From an uncultured delta proteobacterium (GTDB lineage Bacteria; Desulfobacterota; Desulfobacteria; Desulfobacterales; Desulfatirhabdiaceae): a DNA stretch of 64,000 nt. Below the pieces are notes generated by a model that was given only the letters and a program-made list of their open reading frames with translations, searched no databases and had not been told where the DNA came from. Positions 1 through 9,965 of the stretch are shown in pieces (position 1 is the stretch's first letter; every line of letters starts with the position of its first letter). The translations under genes were made by a program, and so were the position numbers. Location of the stretch: the NCBI GenBank assembly GCA_963789395.1, contig CAWBKP010000012.1, positions 192,001 to 256,000 of the forward strand, given 5' to 3'.

Positions 1-2
1 CT

Positions 3-1362
3 GCCGAAGGTATTTACCAGACCACACCGCAAGGCGAGGTTGTAAGTGCCAATCCCGCCATGGCCAATATCCTTGGATATGATTCCCCGGAAGAATTGAT
101 ATCTTCGATAAAGGATATATCAAAGGACCTCTACCTTTCCCAATCCGCCCGAAAAATATTTATCCGCCTGTTGCGTCAAGGCAAGACTGTTTCCGGTTAC
201 GAAGTTGAATTCCTGCGCAAAAACGGAAGCCGCATTTGGGTATCCCTGCATGCACGGCCAATTATGGACAATAAAGGGAAGCTGCTTCTGATAGAGGGTA
301 TTTTTTTTGATATTACCGAGAAAAAGCGCGAAGAAGATGCGCTGAGGGAGCGGGAAGAATATTTGCGCAAGGAAAACATCCGGCTTCGATCCAATATCAA
401 AGACCGATACCGTTTTGGCGATATCGTGGGGAAAAGCGCAGCCATGCAGGATGTATATGAAATGATCTTGAAGGCTGCCGCTACTGATACCAATGTGATC
501 ATTTATGGGGAGTCCGGCACCGGAAAAGAACTTGTGGCCCGGGCAATCCATAAATTCAGCGACCGCAAGAGTAAGCGGTTTGTCCCAGTAAACTGCGGCG
601 CCATTCCGGAAAACCTGCTTGAAAGTGAGTTTTTCGGTTACAAGAAAGGCGCCTTTACCGGCGCTGCTACTGACAAAGCGGGGTTTCTGGATCTGGCGGA
701 TGGCGGTGTTTTGTTCCTTGACGAATTGGGAGAGATCGTGCCCAATCTTCAGGTCAAGTTGTTGCGAGTTCTCGAGGGGGGAGGATATACGCCGGTCGGC
801 GGGCTCGAAAGTCAAAAAGCCCAACCTTCGCATCATTTCGGCCACCAACCGAAATCTCCAGGATTACGTTGCCCGGGGAATTATGCGAGAGGATTTCTAT
901 TATCGCATTCATATTATCCCGATACAGCTTCCCCCCCTTCGTCAAAGAAAGGAGGACATTCCCCTGCTGATCGAACACTTCATGAAAACCGCGCCGTCAG
1001 GCAATGAATCCTTATTGGTCACGGGTGAAATGATGGAAGCGATGATCCGCCACGATTGGCCTGGCAATGTCAGAGAATTACAAAACATGCTTCATCGTTT
1101 CCGGAGCCTGAACCGATTTGACCTTGTCAAGAGTATCCCTTCTGTCACAGTTCGAAAACGCCAATTTGGAGCACCGGAGGAAATATGCGAAATCCGCTCG
1201 GAGACTTTCGGTGAAGCCATGGAACTGGCCGAAAAGGAACTGCTGCTGAGGGCACTCGAAACCAATCAGTGGCACCGTGAAGCTGCCGCAAAGAGCATTG
1301 GATTGGCTCCACGAACATTTTACCGGAAAATCAAACAGCATGACCTAATTCGGCATAAATAA
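3..1362 (+). CDS. Sigma-54-dependent transcriptional activator (PAS + AAA+ + Fis-type HTH), 5'-partial, one frameshift near 810
   Basis: PAS-like N-terminus open from position 3; Walker A GESGTGKE, intact GAFTGA, LFLDE in ORF 60..1007; continues in ORF 619..1362 (RIISATNR, WPGNVRELQN, C-terminal HTH). An extra A in gaaagtc at about 810 joins the frames. Confidence 0.92.
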
Positions 1363-1446
1363 TGCCATTATTGACAATACAATAAATTTGCTAACATGTC
1401 AGCATGATATCAATATTTATTCAGTCTTTACTGCCAAATATGGCAG
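1363..1446. promoter_or_regulatory. Candidate enhancer (UAS) sites TGCCA-N4-TG(A/G)CA for the adjacent activator
   Basis: TGCCATTATTGACA at 1363-1376 and palindrome CTGCCAAATATGGCAG at 1431-1446, about 80-160 bp upstream of the sigma-54 promoter. Confidence 0.55.
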
Positions 1447-1494
1447 AGACATTACCCTCTCCCCCATATCCTCCTAAAGCAATAATCCAAATAA

Positions 1495-1507
1495 TATCAA
1501 ATAGTTT
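1495..1507 (+). promoter_or_regulatory. Possible IHF site
   Basis: TATCAAATAGTTT versus WATCAANNNNTTR (1 mismatch), in an AT-rich tract between the UAS and the -24/-12 element. Confidence 0.4.
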
Positions 1508-1523
1508 ATAAATAAATAGGTGT

Positions 1524-1539
1524 TGGCCCGGCTTTTGCT
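1524..1539 (+). promoter_or_regulatory. Sigma-54 (-24/-12) promoter
   Basis: TGGCCCG-GCTT-TTGCT with GG-N10-GC spacing, 90 bp upstream of the AOR start and directly downstream of a sigma-54 activator gene. Confidence 0.85.
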
Positions 1540-1628
1540 GTATAGATTCAAACAGATATTCATCAAAATCTGAGAGTCAGAACAATCTGGTTTTTTACCC
1601 AACGATATTAAATCAAAGGGATTGTATC

Positions 1629-3494
1629 ATGGATCAAATAATCGGGCCAAGCAACCGCATTCTGGAAGTCAATCTTTCCGACCGGAGCCACCGTATTGTT
1701 CATATCAGCGACAAAGACCGGCGGCAATTTATCGGCGGCAAGGGACTGGGACTAAAACTTTTCAATGAGAGGGTTGCTGCGGGAATTGATCCCCTGGGCC
1801 CGGACAACCTGATTGTGTTCATGATGGGGGTCATGCTGGGTACCGGCGCGCCGTGCAGCGGCCGCTTTGCGGCGGTGACCAAATCGCCGCTGACCGGCAT
1901 CATGCTGACTTCCTCCTGCGGCGGCCCTTTCGGCATGGCCCTGAAAACTGCAGGCTACGACGGGTTGATCATCGGCGGCAGATCAGAAACGCCTGTTTAT
2001 CTTAAAATCGATGCGGAAGGACTCTCATTCGAGGATGCTTCTTCCGTGTGGGGTCTGGATACCCAGGAGACGCAAAGCAGGCTGGCTGATGATAAAAAGT
2101 CCGGCGCCCTGGCCATCGGGCCTGCCGGGGAGAATCAGGTGCTGTTTGCCAATGTGGCCTCAGGGCACCGGTTTCTGGGCCGGGGCGGCATGGGTGCGGT
2201 CATGGGAGCCAAGAACCTGAAAGCGGTTGTCGCTCTGGGGGGCAAATACAAGATCCTGCCCCGTCATGCGGATGCGTTTGAAAAAATCAAGCGCAAGGCA
2301 TCCGCCCAGATCGATGCCAACCATTTCACCGGCCATGCCTACCGCAACTTCGGCACCAGCGCCAATGTGAATTTAAGCAACCGGGGAAACATCCTTCCGG
2401 TTCGCAATTTCCGCGACGGGCAGCATGTGAACGCCGGCGAGGTGTCCGGTGAAACCATGCAGCAGAAATACCATACGCGGCCCAGCACCTGCCTGCCGTG
2501 CAAGATCCTCTGCGGCCATAAGGGGACTTACCCGGACGGCACTGTTCACCAGATACCCGAGTACGAAACCATCTGCCTGCTGGGCACCAATCTCGGCGTT
2601 TTCGATACCGAGAGCATCACCGAGTGGAACGATCTGTGCGGACGCATGGGTCTGGACACCATATCCACCGGCGCCACGCTTGCCTGGGTTATGGAGGCCG
2701 GGGAGAAGAAGCTGCTGCAAACCGACTTGAAATTCGGATCGCCCGAAGGCGTCTCAGAGACGATCCAGGCCATCGCCCATCGCAGGGGTCAGGGGGAGGA
2801 GTTTGCCCGGGGGACCCGTCGGCTGGCGGCCAAATACGGCGGGGCTGACTTTGCCATCCAGGTCAAGGGGCTTGATATGGCCGGATACGATCCCCGCGGC
2901 GCCTGGGGCCAGGGGCTGTCCTATGCCGTCGCCAACCGGGGCGCCTGCCATCTGTCGGCAACGACCTTCTCTCTGGAGGTCTTTATGGGATTTCTGAATC
3001 CCTATACCACGCGGGCCAAAGCGCATTTCGTAAAATATTTTGAAAACCTGTTTGCGGCGGTCAACTCCCTTCATGTCTGCCAGTTTACCGCATTTGCATA
3101 TGTCCTGGAGGAGCCGATCGTCAAATACACGCCCAAGTGGATGCTGCGGCTGAACATGCAGTACCTTCCCCGGATTGCCCAGAAATTGATCCTCATCCCG
3201 TCGCTGACCGGCATGTTCAACAGCGTTACCGGCCTTGGCATCAGCCAGGGGGATTTTCTCCGGGCCGGAGAGCGGATACACACCCTGGAGCGCCTCATGA
3301 ATACCCGCGAAGGGATATCCCGAAAGGACGACACCCTGCCGGCGCGGTTTCTTCGGGAGGGACGGGCAGGCGACCCAAAAAAGCGGACCGTTCCCCTGGA
3401 AGCCATGCTGGATGATTACTACCGCCTTCGCGGGTTCGACAACCGGGGCATTCCAGCGCCGCAAACCCTGTCCAAGCTTGGCCTGGCATCTTAA
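1629..3494 (+). CDS. Aldehyde:ferredoxin oxidoreductase family protein (tungsten/molybdopterin)
   Basis: 621 aa; GGKGLG, TKSPLTG, GRGGMGAVMGAKNLKA, CxxCxxxC, PEYET, GLDTISTG, NRGACH, DDTLPARF motifs. Confidence 0.93.
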   Translation: MDQIIGPSNRILEVNLSDRSHRIVHISDKDRRQFIGGKGLGLKLFNERVAAGIDPLGPDNLIVFMMGVMLGTGAPCSGRFAAVTKSPLTGIMLTSSCGGPFGMALKTAGYDGLIIGGRSETPVYLKIDAEGLSFEDASSVWGLDTQETQSRLADDKKSGALAIGPAGENQVLFANVASGHRFLGRGGMGAVMGAKNLKAVVALGGKYKILPRHADAFEKIKRKASAQIDANHFTGHAYRNFGTSANVNLSNRGNILPVRNFRDGQHVNAGEVSGETMQQKYHTRPSTCLPCKILCGHKGTYPDGTVHQIPEYETICLLGTNLGVFDTESITEWNDLCGRMGLDTISTGATLAWVMEAGEKKLLQTDLKFGSPEGVSETIQAIAHRRGQGEEFARGTRRLAAKYGGADFAIQVKGLDMAGYDPRGAWGQGLSYAVANRGACHLSATTFSLEVFMGFLNPYTTRAKAHFVKYFENLFAAVNSLHVCQFTAFAYVLEEPIVKYTPKWMLRLNMQYLPRIAQKLILIPSLTGMFNSVTGLGISQGDFLRAGERIHTLERLMNTREGISRKDDTLPARFLREGRAGDPKKRTVPLEAMLDDYYRLRGFDNRGIPAPQTLSKLGLAS

Positions 3495-3535
3495 AACAGA
3501 GCGACGGCTAAATAATAGATTCAAGAGGAGAACCA

Positions 3536-5128
3536 ATGAGCAGACTGGATACATTCGACTACGATTACATTGTCATCGGTTCGGGTTTTGGGGGCAGTGT
3601 TTCCGCCCTTCGCCTGGCTGAGAAAGGGTACTCGGTTGCTGTGCTGGAAAAAGGCAAACGCTGGCAGAAAGAGGATTTTCCCAAAACCAACTGGAACGTC
3701 AGAAAGAACCTGTGGCTGCCCATGATCGGCTGCTTCGGCTACCAGATGCTGACGCAGTTAAAGCATGTCCTCATTTTTCACGGGGGCGGCGTCGGCGGCG
3801 GAAGCCTGGTGTATGCAAACCAGCTTCTGGTGCCGCCGGAAGAAGTTTTTGAAAATCCGGATTGGGGCATTCCGGACTGCAAGGCCCAGCTGATGCCCCA
3901 ATATGAAACCGCCAAGAAAATGCTGGGCGCCAACCCCAGCCCGCAGATCGGCATTGCCGATAAAGCCCTTCGAGAGGTCGGTATTGAGCTGAGGGGCAAG
4001 GATACGTTCCATAAAAACGATGTGGGCATTTTTTTCGGCACGCCGGACAAAACGGTGCCTGATCCCTATTTTGACGGCAAAGGCCCTGAGCGCACGGGAT
4101 GCACGTTCTGCGGGTCCTGTATGGTCGGGTGTCCTGTGGGTGCCAAAAATACGCTCGACAGAAACTACCTCTACCTGGCGGAAGGACTGGGAGCGCGCAT
4201 TATTCCGGAAACCGAGGTCACCGGTGTCAGACCCTGCAACGGCGGGTATGAAATCATCTCCCGGAAGTCGACCGGACTGCGGCATCCGGAAAGAAGCTAT
4301 CGCGCCCGGGGCGTGGTGTTCAGCGGGGGGGTGATGGGTTCCGTCAAGCTGTTGATGAAATGCAAGCATGAAGGGCTGCTTCCAAAAATCTCCGATCAGC
4401 TCGGTAATTTCGTCCGCACGAATTCAGAGGCGATCCTGGGTGTGAAATCAAAGGATAAAACCGTTGACTGGAACGATCAGATCGCAATCACTTCCGGCAT
4501 CTATGCCGATGAAACCACACATATTGAGATGGTCCGTTACAACAAAGGTTCGGATGTTCTGCTGAACCTCTTGACATTGATGACCGATGGCGGCGGGATC
4601 ATTCCCCGCTGGATGCGGTATCTTGGCAATATTGTCCGGCACCCGGTACAGTTTGTAAAGCTCCTGTGGCCTCTGGGGATGGCGTCAACCACGAGCATCG
4701 TTCTGGTCATGCAAACCGACAAGAACTATCTCCAGCTGGATTATAAACCCCGATGGTGGCGGCTCGGCGGGCTCAGCATGAATTCCTCGCTCCCGACCGG
4801 TCAAAAACGTGCGCCGACCTATATTCCCATTGCCAATGACGTGGCAAGACGCTTGGCCAAAAAAATGAACGGAACTCCCTTAAGTCTTCTGCCGGAAGCA
4901 GCATTCAATACATCGACCACGGCACACATTCTCGGAGGATGCTGCATGGGTGAATCACCGGACAAGGGGGTGGTGGGTATAAACGGTGAAGTCTTCGGGT
5001 ATCCGAATCTTTTCGTGGCAGACGGTTCGGTGGTGCCGGCCAATCTGGGGGTCAATCCCAGCCTGACCATCACGGCCCTGTCGGAATTCATCATGTCTCA
5101 GATGCCTGCCAGTCAACCGCAGGGATAA
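3536..5128 (+). CDS. GMC oxidoreductase, cholesterol-oxidase (ChoD)-like, copy 1
   Basis: 530 aa; VIGSGFGGSV FAD motif, GVGGGSLVYAN, CTFCGSCMVGC, TAHILGG, DGSVVPANLGVNPSLTI; RBS aggag. Confidence 0.9.
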   Translation: MSRLDTFDYDYIVIGSGFGGSVSALRLAEKGYSVAVLEKGKRWQKEDFPKTNWNVRKNLWLPMIGCFGYQMLTQLKHVLIFHGGGVGGGSLVYANQLLVPPEEVFENPDWGIPDCKAQLMPQYETAKKMLGANPSPQIGIADKALREVGIELRGKDTFHKNDVGIFFGTPDKTVPDPYFDGKGPERTGCTFCGSCMVGCPVGAKNTLDRNYLYLAEGLGARIIPETEVTGVRPCNGGYEIISRKSTGLRHPERSYRARGVVFSGGVMGSVKLLMKCKHEGLLPKISDQLGNFVRTNSEAILGVKSKDKTVDWNDQIAITSGIYADETTHIEMVRYNKGSDVLLNLLTLMTDGGGIIPRWMRYLGNIVRHPVQFVKLLWPLGMASTTSIVLVMQTDKNYLQLDYKPRWWRLGGLSMNSSLPTGQKRAPTYIPIANDVARRLAKKMNGTPLSLLPEAAFNTSTTAHILGGCCMGESPDKGVVGINGEVFGYPNLFVADGSVVPANLGVNPSLTITALSEFIMSQMPASQPQG

Positions 5129-5178
5129 CCGGCAGCGCGGAATTTTTATTGATTAATAAAATTTGCAAGGGGGGTATC

Positions 5179-6745
5179 ATGCTGAATTTGGCGGCAGTAT
5201 TGGAGCACAGTGCATCGGAATTACCGGATAAGACAGCCATCGTCTTCGGGGATAAGCGTTTCAGTTACAAGCAGGTCAATGCAGTGGCCAATCAAGTAGC
5301 CAACGGCTTGACAGAGGCCGGAATCACAAAGGGGGACAAGGTGGCGCTGAGCTGCCCGAATCTGCCGTATTTTCCGATGATATATTACGGGATACTTAAA
5401 GCTGGCGCTGCTGTTGTGCCCTTGAACGTTCTGCTGAAAGGCCGGGAAATTGCCTATCATTTAAAGGACAGCCAGGCCAAAGCCTATTTCTGTTTCCAGG
5501 GCACGCCGGAGCTACCAATGGCCAAGGAAGGCTGGGCAGGTTTCAACGATGTTCCGGAATGCGAACATTTCTGGGTTGTCACGGCAGACCCGGCAGCCCC
5601 TTCTCCTATAGAGAATACGGCCACTTTCGGTCAGTTGATCAGCCGGCAGTCACCGGTTTTTGAAACGGTTCAGACGCAGTTTGAAGACACGGCCGTCATT
5701 CTCTACACATCTGGCACCACGGGATTTCCCAAAGGAGCCGAGCTTTCCCATGCCAACATGACGCTGAACGCCATTGCTACGCGCGATATCATCCACATGA
5801 AGGATGATGACATTCATGCACTGGTTTTACCGCTGTTTCATTCCTTTGGGCAGACCTGTCAGATGAATGCCGGGTTTTCCATCGGAAACACCCTGGTTCT
5901 GATTCCCAGGTTCAGCCCCGAGGCTGTCCTGGAAGCCATGCAAAGTGAAAAAGTGACCATTTTTGTCGGCGTTCCGACCATGTACTGGCAGCTTCTGGCA
6001 TTTGTCGACAAGGAAAAGCGCTTTGATATCGACGTGATCGCAAATACGCTGAGGATAGGGGTTTCCGGCGCCTCTTCACTTCCGCTGGAAATCATTAAGG
6101 GCATCGAAGAAAAATACAAAATTCCCATCGTGGAAGGCTACGGTCTGTCCGAAACCTGCCCGGTGGCCACATTCAACCACCTTCACAAGGAGCGCAAACC
6201 TGGTTCCGTGGGAACGCCCATCTGGGGCGTAGAGGTTAAGATATTCGATTCAAACAACCAGGAGGTTGCCGATCGGCGAAGTCGGCGAAATCGTGATCCG
6301 GGGACATAACGTGATGAAAGGGTATTTCAATAAGCCCGAAGCAACGGCCGATGCCTTCAAGGGGACTTCCTGGTTTCACACCGGCGATCTGGGCAGGAAG
6401 GATGCGGATGGTTATGTGTATATCGTGGATCGGGTCAAAGACATGATCATCCGCGGCGGCTTCAACGTGTATCCCCGAGAAGTCGAGGAAGTGCTGATGG
6501 CCCATCCGGCAGTCTCCATGGCTTCGGTGATCGGTGTACCACACGACCAGCACGGTGAAGAGGTCAAGGCTTACATCGTCCTGAAAGAAGGGCATCAAAT
6601 CACAGGTACAGAAATCATCGAGTGGTCTAAAGAACAGATGGCGGCGTATAAATACCCCCGCATCGTGGATATCCGGCAAACCTTGCCAATGACGGCCACT
6701 GGAAAAATTCTAAAGAAGGATTTGAAAGCGGAAAGCGCTTTATGA
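5179..6745 (+). CDS. Long-chain fatty-acid--CoA ligase, one frameshift near 6265
   Basis: YTSGTTGFPKG and EGYGLSET in the first frame; GEIVIRG, FHTGDLG, DRVKDMIIRGG, TGKILK in ORF 6266..6745. Confidence 0.92.
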
Positions 6746-6798
6746 GCAATAATAATTGAATTAACACCCATCGATATGAATGAATTGGTGCTCAGTAG

Positions 6799-6857
6799 TG
6801 GATATTCCGGCGAGATTGGCCACCGTTTCCGGTTCAAATCAGACCAAGTATTCCGGA
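6799..6857 (+). mobile_element. Orphan IS21-family-like terminal sequence (no transposase)
   Basis: TG-gatATTCCGGcgagattggccaccgTTTCCGGttcaaatcagaccaagtATTCCGG: a TG end followed by three WTTCCGG units about 23-24 bp apart, the architecture of IS21-family ends. Confidence 0.6.
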
Positions 6858-6975
6858 CATTCTTGTATAGACATATGCTATGAAAACAATGAGAAATGCG
6901 GAAGGGAAATGTCTATCAAGGGCTTTCTCCTGAATACAGTTGCATTAGGTGATTTGCCGAAATGATCAGAAAAGT

Positions 6976-7020
6976 GATAGATAAAGCATAATGCTCAATT
7001 TATGCTTATGTTATCCTATC
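6976..7020. terminator. AT-rich inverted repeat between convergent genes, possible bidirectional terminator
   Basis: gatag-ataa-agcataa ... ttatgct-tatg-ttat-c-ctatc. Confidence 0.35.
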
Positions 7021-7189
7021 TATGAGTATTCAACAGCCGATTTTCTAAAGGATACCGAAACAAATCGAAATAAGGGCTGAAAGGCTGACCATGCACAACA
7101 GGTGGCATCGATGGACTGCACCCGTTCTCATTTTATCGTTTCCGAGAACGACAAACGATAAACATTCCGCTGATACCTGCTGCTACGCT

Positions 7190-8428
7190 CTATTTCAGCT
7201 CTACCTGGACCCTCAGCCCCAGGGCCTTGCGAAGCGCTGACTGGACTTTTTCATGAAGAGCAGTTCCATTTTTCTCGCCATGCTTCGATTCAGGAGAAGC
7301 CTCAACACAGATCTTCAATTTATCATTCATTCCGGCATGTTGATTGATCGCCAGGGAATATTCCAGCTCAATCCCTTCAATGCCCGACAGAACCTCAGTA
7401 ATCGTTTCCGGAAATACATTAATCCCCCGGACAGAAATCATGCGATCCGTTCTGGAAAATATCCGGTTCATGCGGACCAGGGACCGGCCGCAGTCGCATG
7501 GCTGGGTGCAAAGGGTGGTTCTGTCATGGGTCCGGTACCGTATCAGCGGATAGGCGCTGGTGGTCAGGCTGGTCAGGACCAGCTCTCCTTCCCGGCCTTC
7601 TGGAAGTGACTGACCGGTGTCCGGATCGATGATCTCCGGGAAGAAGTGGTCTTCAAAAATATGGAGTCCGGTTTTGGCAATGCATTCGCCCGCAACTCCG
7701 GGCTCGATCAGTTCCGTGACCCCGTAAATGTCGTAGGCCTTTATCCCCAGACCTTCTTCGATGAGGCTTCGGGTGCTCTCCGACCAGGGCTCTGCTCCGA
7801 AAAGCCCGATTTTCAGGGACAGGTCTTTAGAATCGATTCCCTTTTTTTTCATGGTTTCGATAATATGAATGGCAAAAGACGGCGTAGAAACCAGAACCGT
7901 GCTTTTGAAATCGCGCATGATCCGGATCTGGACTTCAGCCGGGGCAACGGATGCCGGAACCACGGCAGCACCGATCAGTTCGGCCCCCTGGTTGAAGCGG
8001 AAAGCCCCCATGAAAAGGCCGTAATTGAAGGCGACCTGAATGATATCATGCTCGGTGATGCCGACCCCGACCATGATCCGCGCCACAAGCTCTCTCCAGA
8101 TTTTCAGATCCTCGCGGGTATAGCCGATGACAATGGGATTTCCAAAGTGTCCCTTGGGAAACTGAAGGCGCACAACGTCCCGGAGCGGGACGGCGAACAT
8201 GCCGTAGGGATAATTTTCAACCAGGTCTTCCCGCGTGGTGAAGGGTATTTTTTTTAGGTCTTCAATGGTTTTGATACCGTCCGGGTTCAGGCCGGCCGCA
8301 TCAAATTTATTGCGGTAAAACCGAACATTGGCGTAAGCATGGTTGATAAGAATTCCCAGCCGCTCGTTCTGAAGGTCGAGGAGTTCTGCGCGATTCATGG
8401 TCTCTGATTCCGTATTGAACATGGCCAT
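7190..8428 (-). CDS. Phenylacetate--CoA ligase (PaaK)-like protein with degenerate ATP-binding loop
   Basis: PFTTREDL, YPYGMFAVP, GAEPWSE, YGVTE, RYRTHD motifs; SSGTTG replaced by FPKGHFG; C-terminus short. Confidence 0.85.
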   Translation of the reverse strand: MAMFNTESETMNRAELLDLQNERLGILINHAYANVRFYRNKFDAAGLNPDGIKTIEDLKKIPFTTREDLVENYPYGMFAVPLRDVVRLQFPKGHFGNPIVIGYTREDLKIWRELVARIMVGVGITEHDIIQVAFNYGLFMGAFRFNQGAELIGAAVVPASVAPAEVQIRIMRDFKSTVLVSTPSFAIHIIETMKKKGIDSKDLSLKIGLFGAEPWSESTRSLIEEGLGIKAYDIYGVTELIEPGVAGECIAKTGLHIFEDHFFPEIIDPDTGQSLPEGREGELVLTSLTTSAYPLIRYRTHDRTTLCTQPCDCGRSLVRMNRIFSRTDRMISVRGINVFPETITEVLSGIEGIELEYSLAINQHAGMNDKLKICVEASPESKHGEKNGTALHEKVQSALRKALGLRVQVELK

Positions 8429-8443
8429 CTGTATCACTCCTTT

Positions 8444-9175
8444 TCAGCGTTCCCATTTTTCCTTGTAATCATTTCCGAGAAAGGCCCGTTTGACCTCGTC
8501 GTTGTTCATCAGCTCACCACCCGAGCCTGTCAAAGTGATCCGGCCGGTTTCCATCACATAGGCCCGGTTTGAAATCCGCAGGGCTTCCCTGGCGTTCTGC
8601 TCCACAAGAAGGATGGTAGTTCCCATGCTGTTCAGAGATTGAATGATGCGAAACATCTCTGCGACGATGGCAGGCGCAAGCCCCAGCGACGGTTCATCCA
8701 GCATAAGCAGCCTGGGCTTTGCCATAAGCGCTCTGCCCAGGGCCAGCATCTGGCGCTCGCCTCCGGACAGTGTACCGGCCGCCCTGCCCGCACGTTCCCG
8801 GAGAATGGGAAAGATCACGTAGATCCCCTCAATTTCCGACTGTAAGGTATTTCGATCCAGACGCCGGAGATAGGCGCCGAGTTCCAGATTCTCGAGAACT
8901 GTCAAGGGAGCAAAGATCTTGTCTTTTTCCGGCACCTGAATCAGCCCCATGCCAACGATCCTGTCCGGCTGCATGCGTTGAATTTCCCGTTCAAGAAACA
9001 GAACCTCGCCGCTTTTCAGGGAATGCAGGCCGGAAATGACATTCAGGAGCGTTGTTTTTCCCGCACCATTGGCGCCGATGAGAGAGACTATCTCGCCTTT
9101 ACGGATATGAAGCGAGGTCCGGTGGAGGACCTGAATCTTTCCGTAACCCGCATCAATGTTTTTGATCTTCAGCAT
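8444..9175 (-). CDS. livF: Branched-chain amino acid ABC transporter ATPase (LivF-like)
   Basis: GANGAGKT, LSGGERQM, DEPSLGLAP, VEQN. Confidence 0.9.
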   Translation of the reverse strand: MLKIKNIDAGYGKIQVLHRTSLHIRKGEIVSLIGANGAGKTTLLNVISGLHSLKSGEVLFLEREIQRMQPDRIVGMGLIQVPEKDKIFAPLTVLENLELGAYLRRLDRNTLQSEIEGIYVIFPILRERAGRAAGTLSGGERQMLALGRALMAKPRLLMLDEPSLGLAPAIVAEMFRIIQSLNSMGTTILLVEQNAREALRISNRAYVMETGRITLTGSGGELMNNDEVKRAFLGNDYKEKWER

Positions 9176-9179
9176 GTCC

Positions 9180-9965
9180 TCATTTCCCCAGATATGCCTC
9201 GATCACCTGCTTGTTTTTCTGGATATCCTCCGGCGTGCCTTCGCCGATCTTGACGCCGTGGTGAAGCACGATCAGGCTGTCTGAAATCGCCATGACCAGT
9301 CGCATGTTGTGCTCCACCAGAATGATGGTCTGGCCTTTTTCCTTGAGCCCGAGAATAAGATGACCCATCTCTTCCATCTCGCGGATCGTTAACCCGGCGG
9401 CCGGCTCATCCAGAAGCAGGATTTCCGGCTCGGACGCCATGGCCCTTGCCATTTCCAGGCGCCGCTGGTCAAGGATGCTGATTTGTCCGGCCAAGGCCCC
9501 GGCCATAGAAAGCAGCCCGAATTGCTGAAGAACGCGTTCTGATTTTTCACGGATCAATGCTTCCTCTCTCCGTTCCGAAGGCAGACGAAACATGCCTTTA
9601 ATAAAGCCGGAAGTTGTTCGGGAATGCATCCCGACCATGACATTTTCCAGAACCGACATATTCACAAAGAGCTGAGCCTGTTGAAAAGAGCGGGCCATGC
9701 CCAGAGCGGCGATTTCAAATGGCTTAAGCCTGGTGATCTGTTTTCCCTGAAAAATAATCTCTCCGTCGTGCAGCGGATACACGCCGGTGATGGCGTTGAT
9801 AAGCGTGGTTTTTCCAGCTCCGTTGGGACCTATAATGGAGACGATCTGTTGTGGGCTTATGGAAAAGGAAAGACGGCTCAGGGCCTCGATTCCTTGGAAA
9901 CGAACAGTGATTTTCCGTGCCTCCAGTACAGCAGGAGCCTTTTTCCCCGGTTCCTGCTTGGTCAT
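9180..9965 (-). CDS. livG: Branched-chain amino acid ABC transporter ATPase (LivG-like)
   Basis: GPNGAGKT, ARSFQ, LDEPAAGL, VEHNM, EAYLG. Confidence 0.9.
   Translation of the reverse strand: MTKQEPGKKAPAVLEARKITVRFQGIEALSRLSFSISPQQIVSIIGPNGAGKTTLINAITGVYPLHDGEIIFQGKQITRLKPFEIAALGMARSFQQAQLFVNMSVLENVMVGMHSRTTSGFIKGMFRLPSERREEALIREKSERVLQQFGLLSMAGALAGQISILDQRRLEMARAMASEPEILLLDEPAAGLTIREMEEMGHLILGLKEKGQTIILVEHNMRLVMAISDSLIVLHHGVKIGEGTPEDIQKNKQVIEAYLGK

Noticed and set aside
6862..6874. HutC-like box CTTGTATAGACAT as a functional operator
   Set aside because: It lies between convergent gene ends with no downstream gene to control; may be chance.
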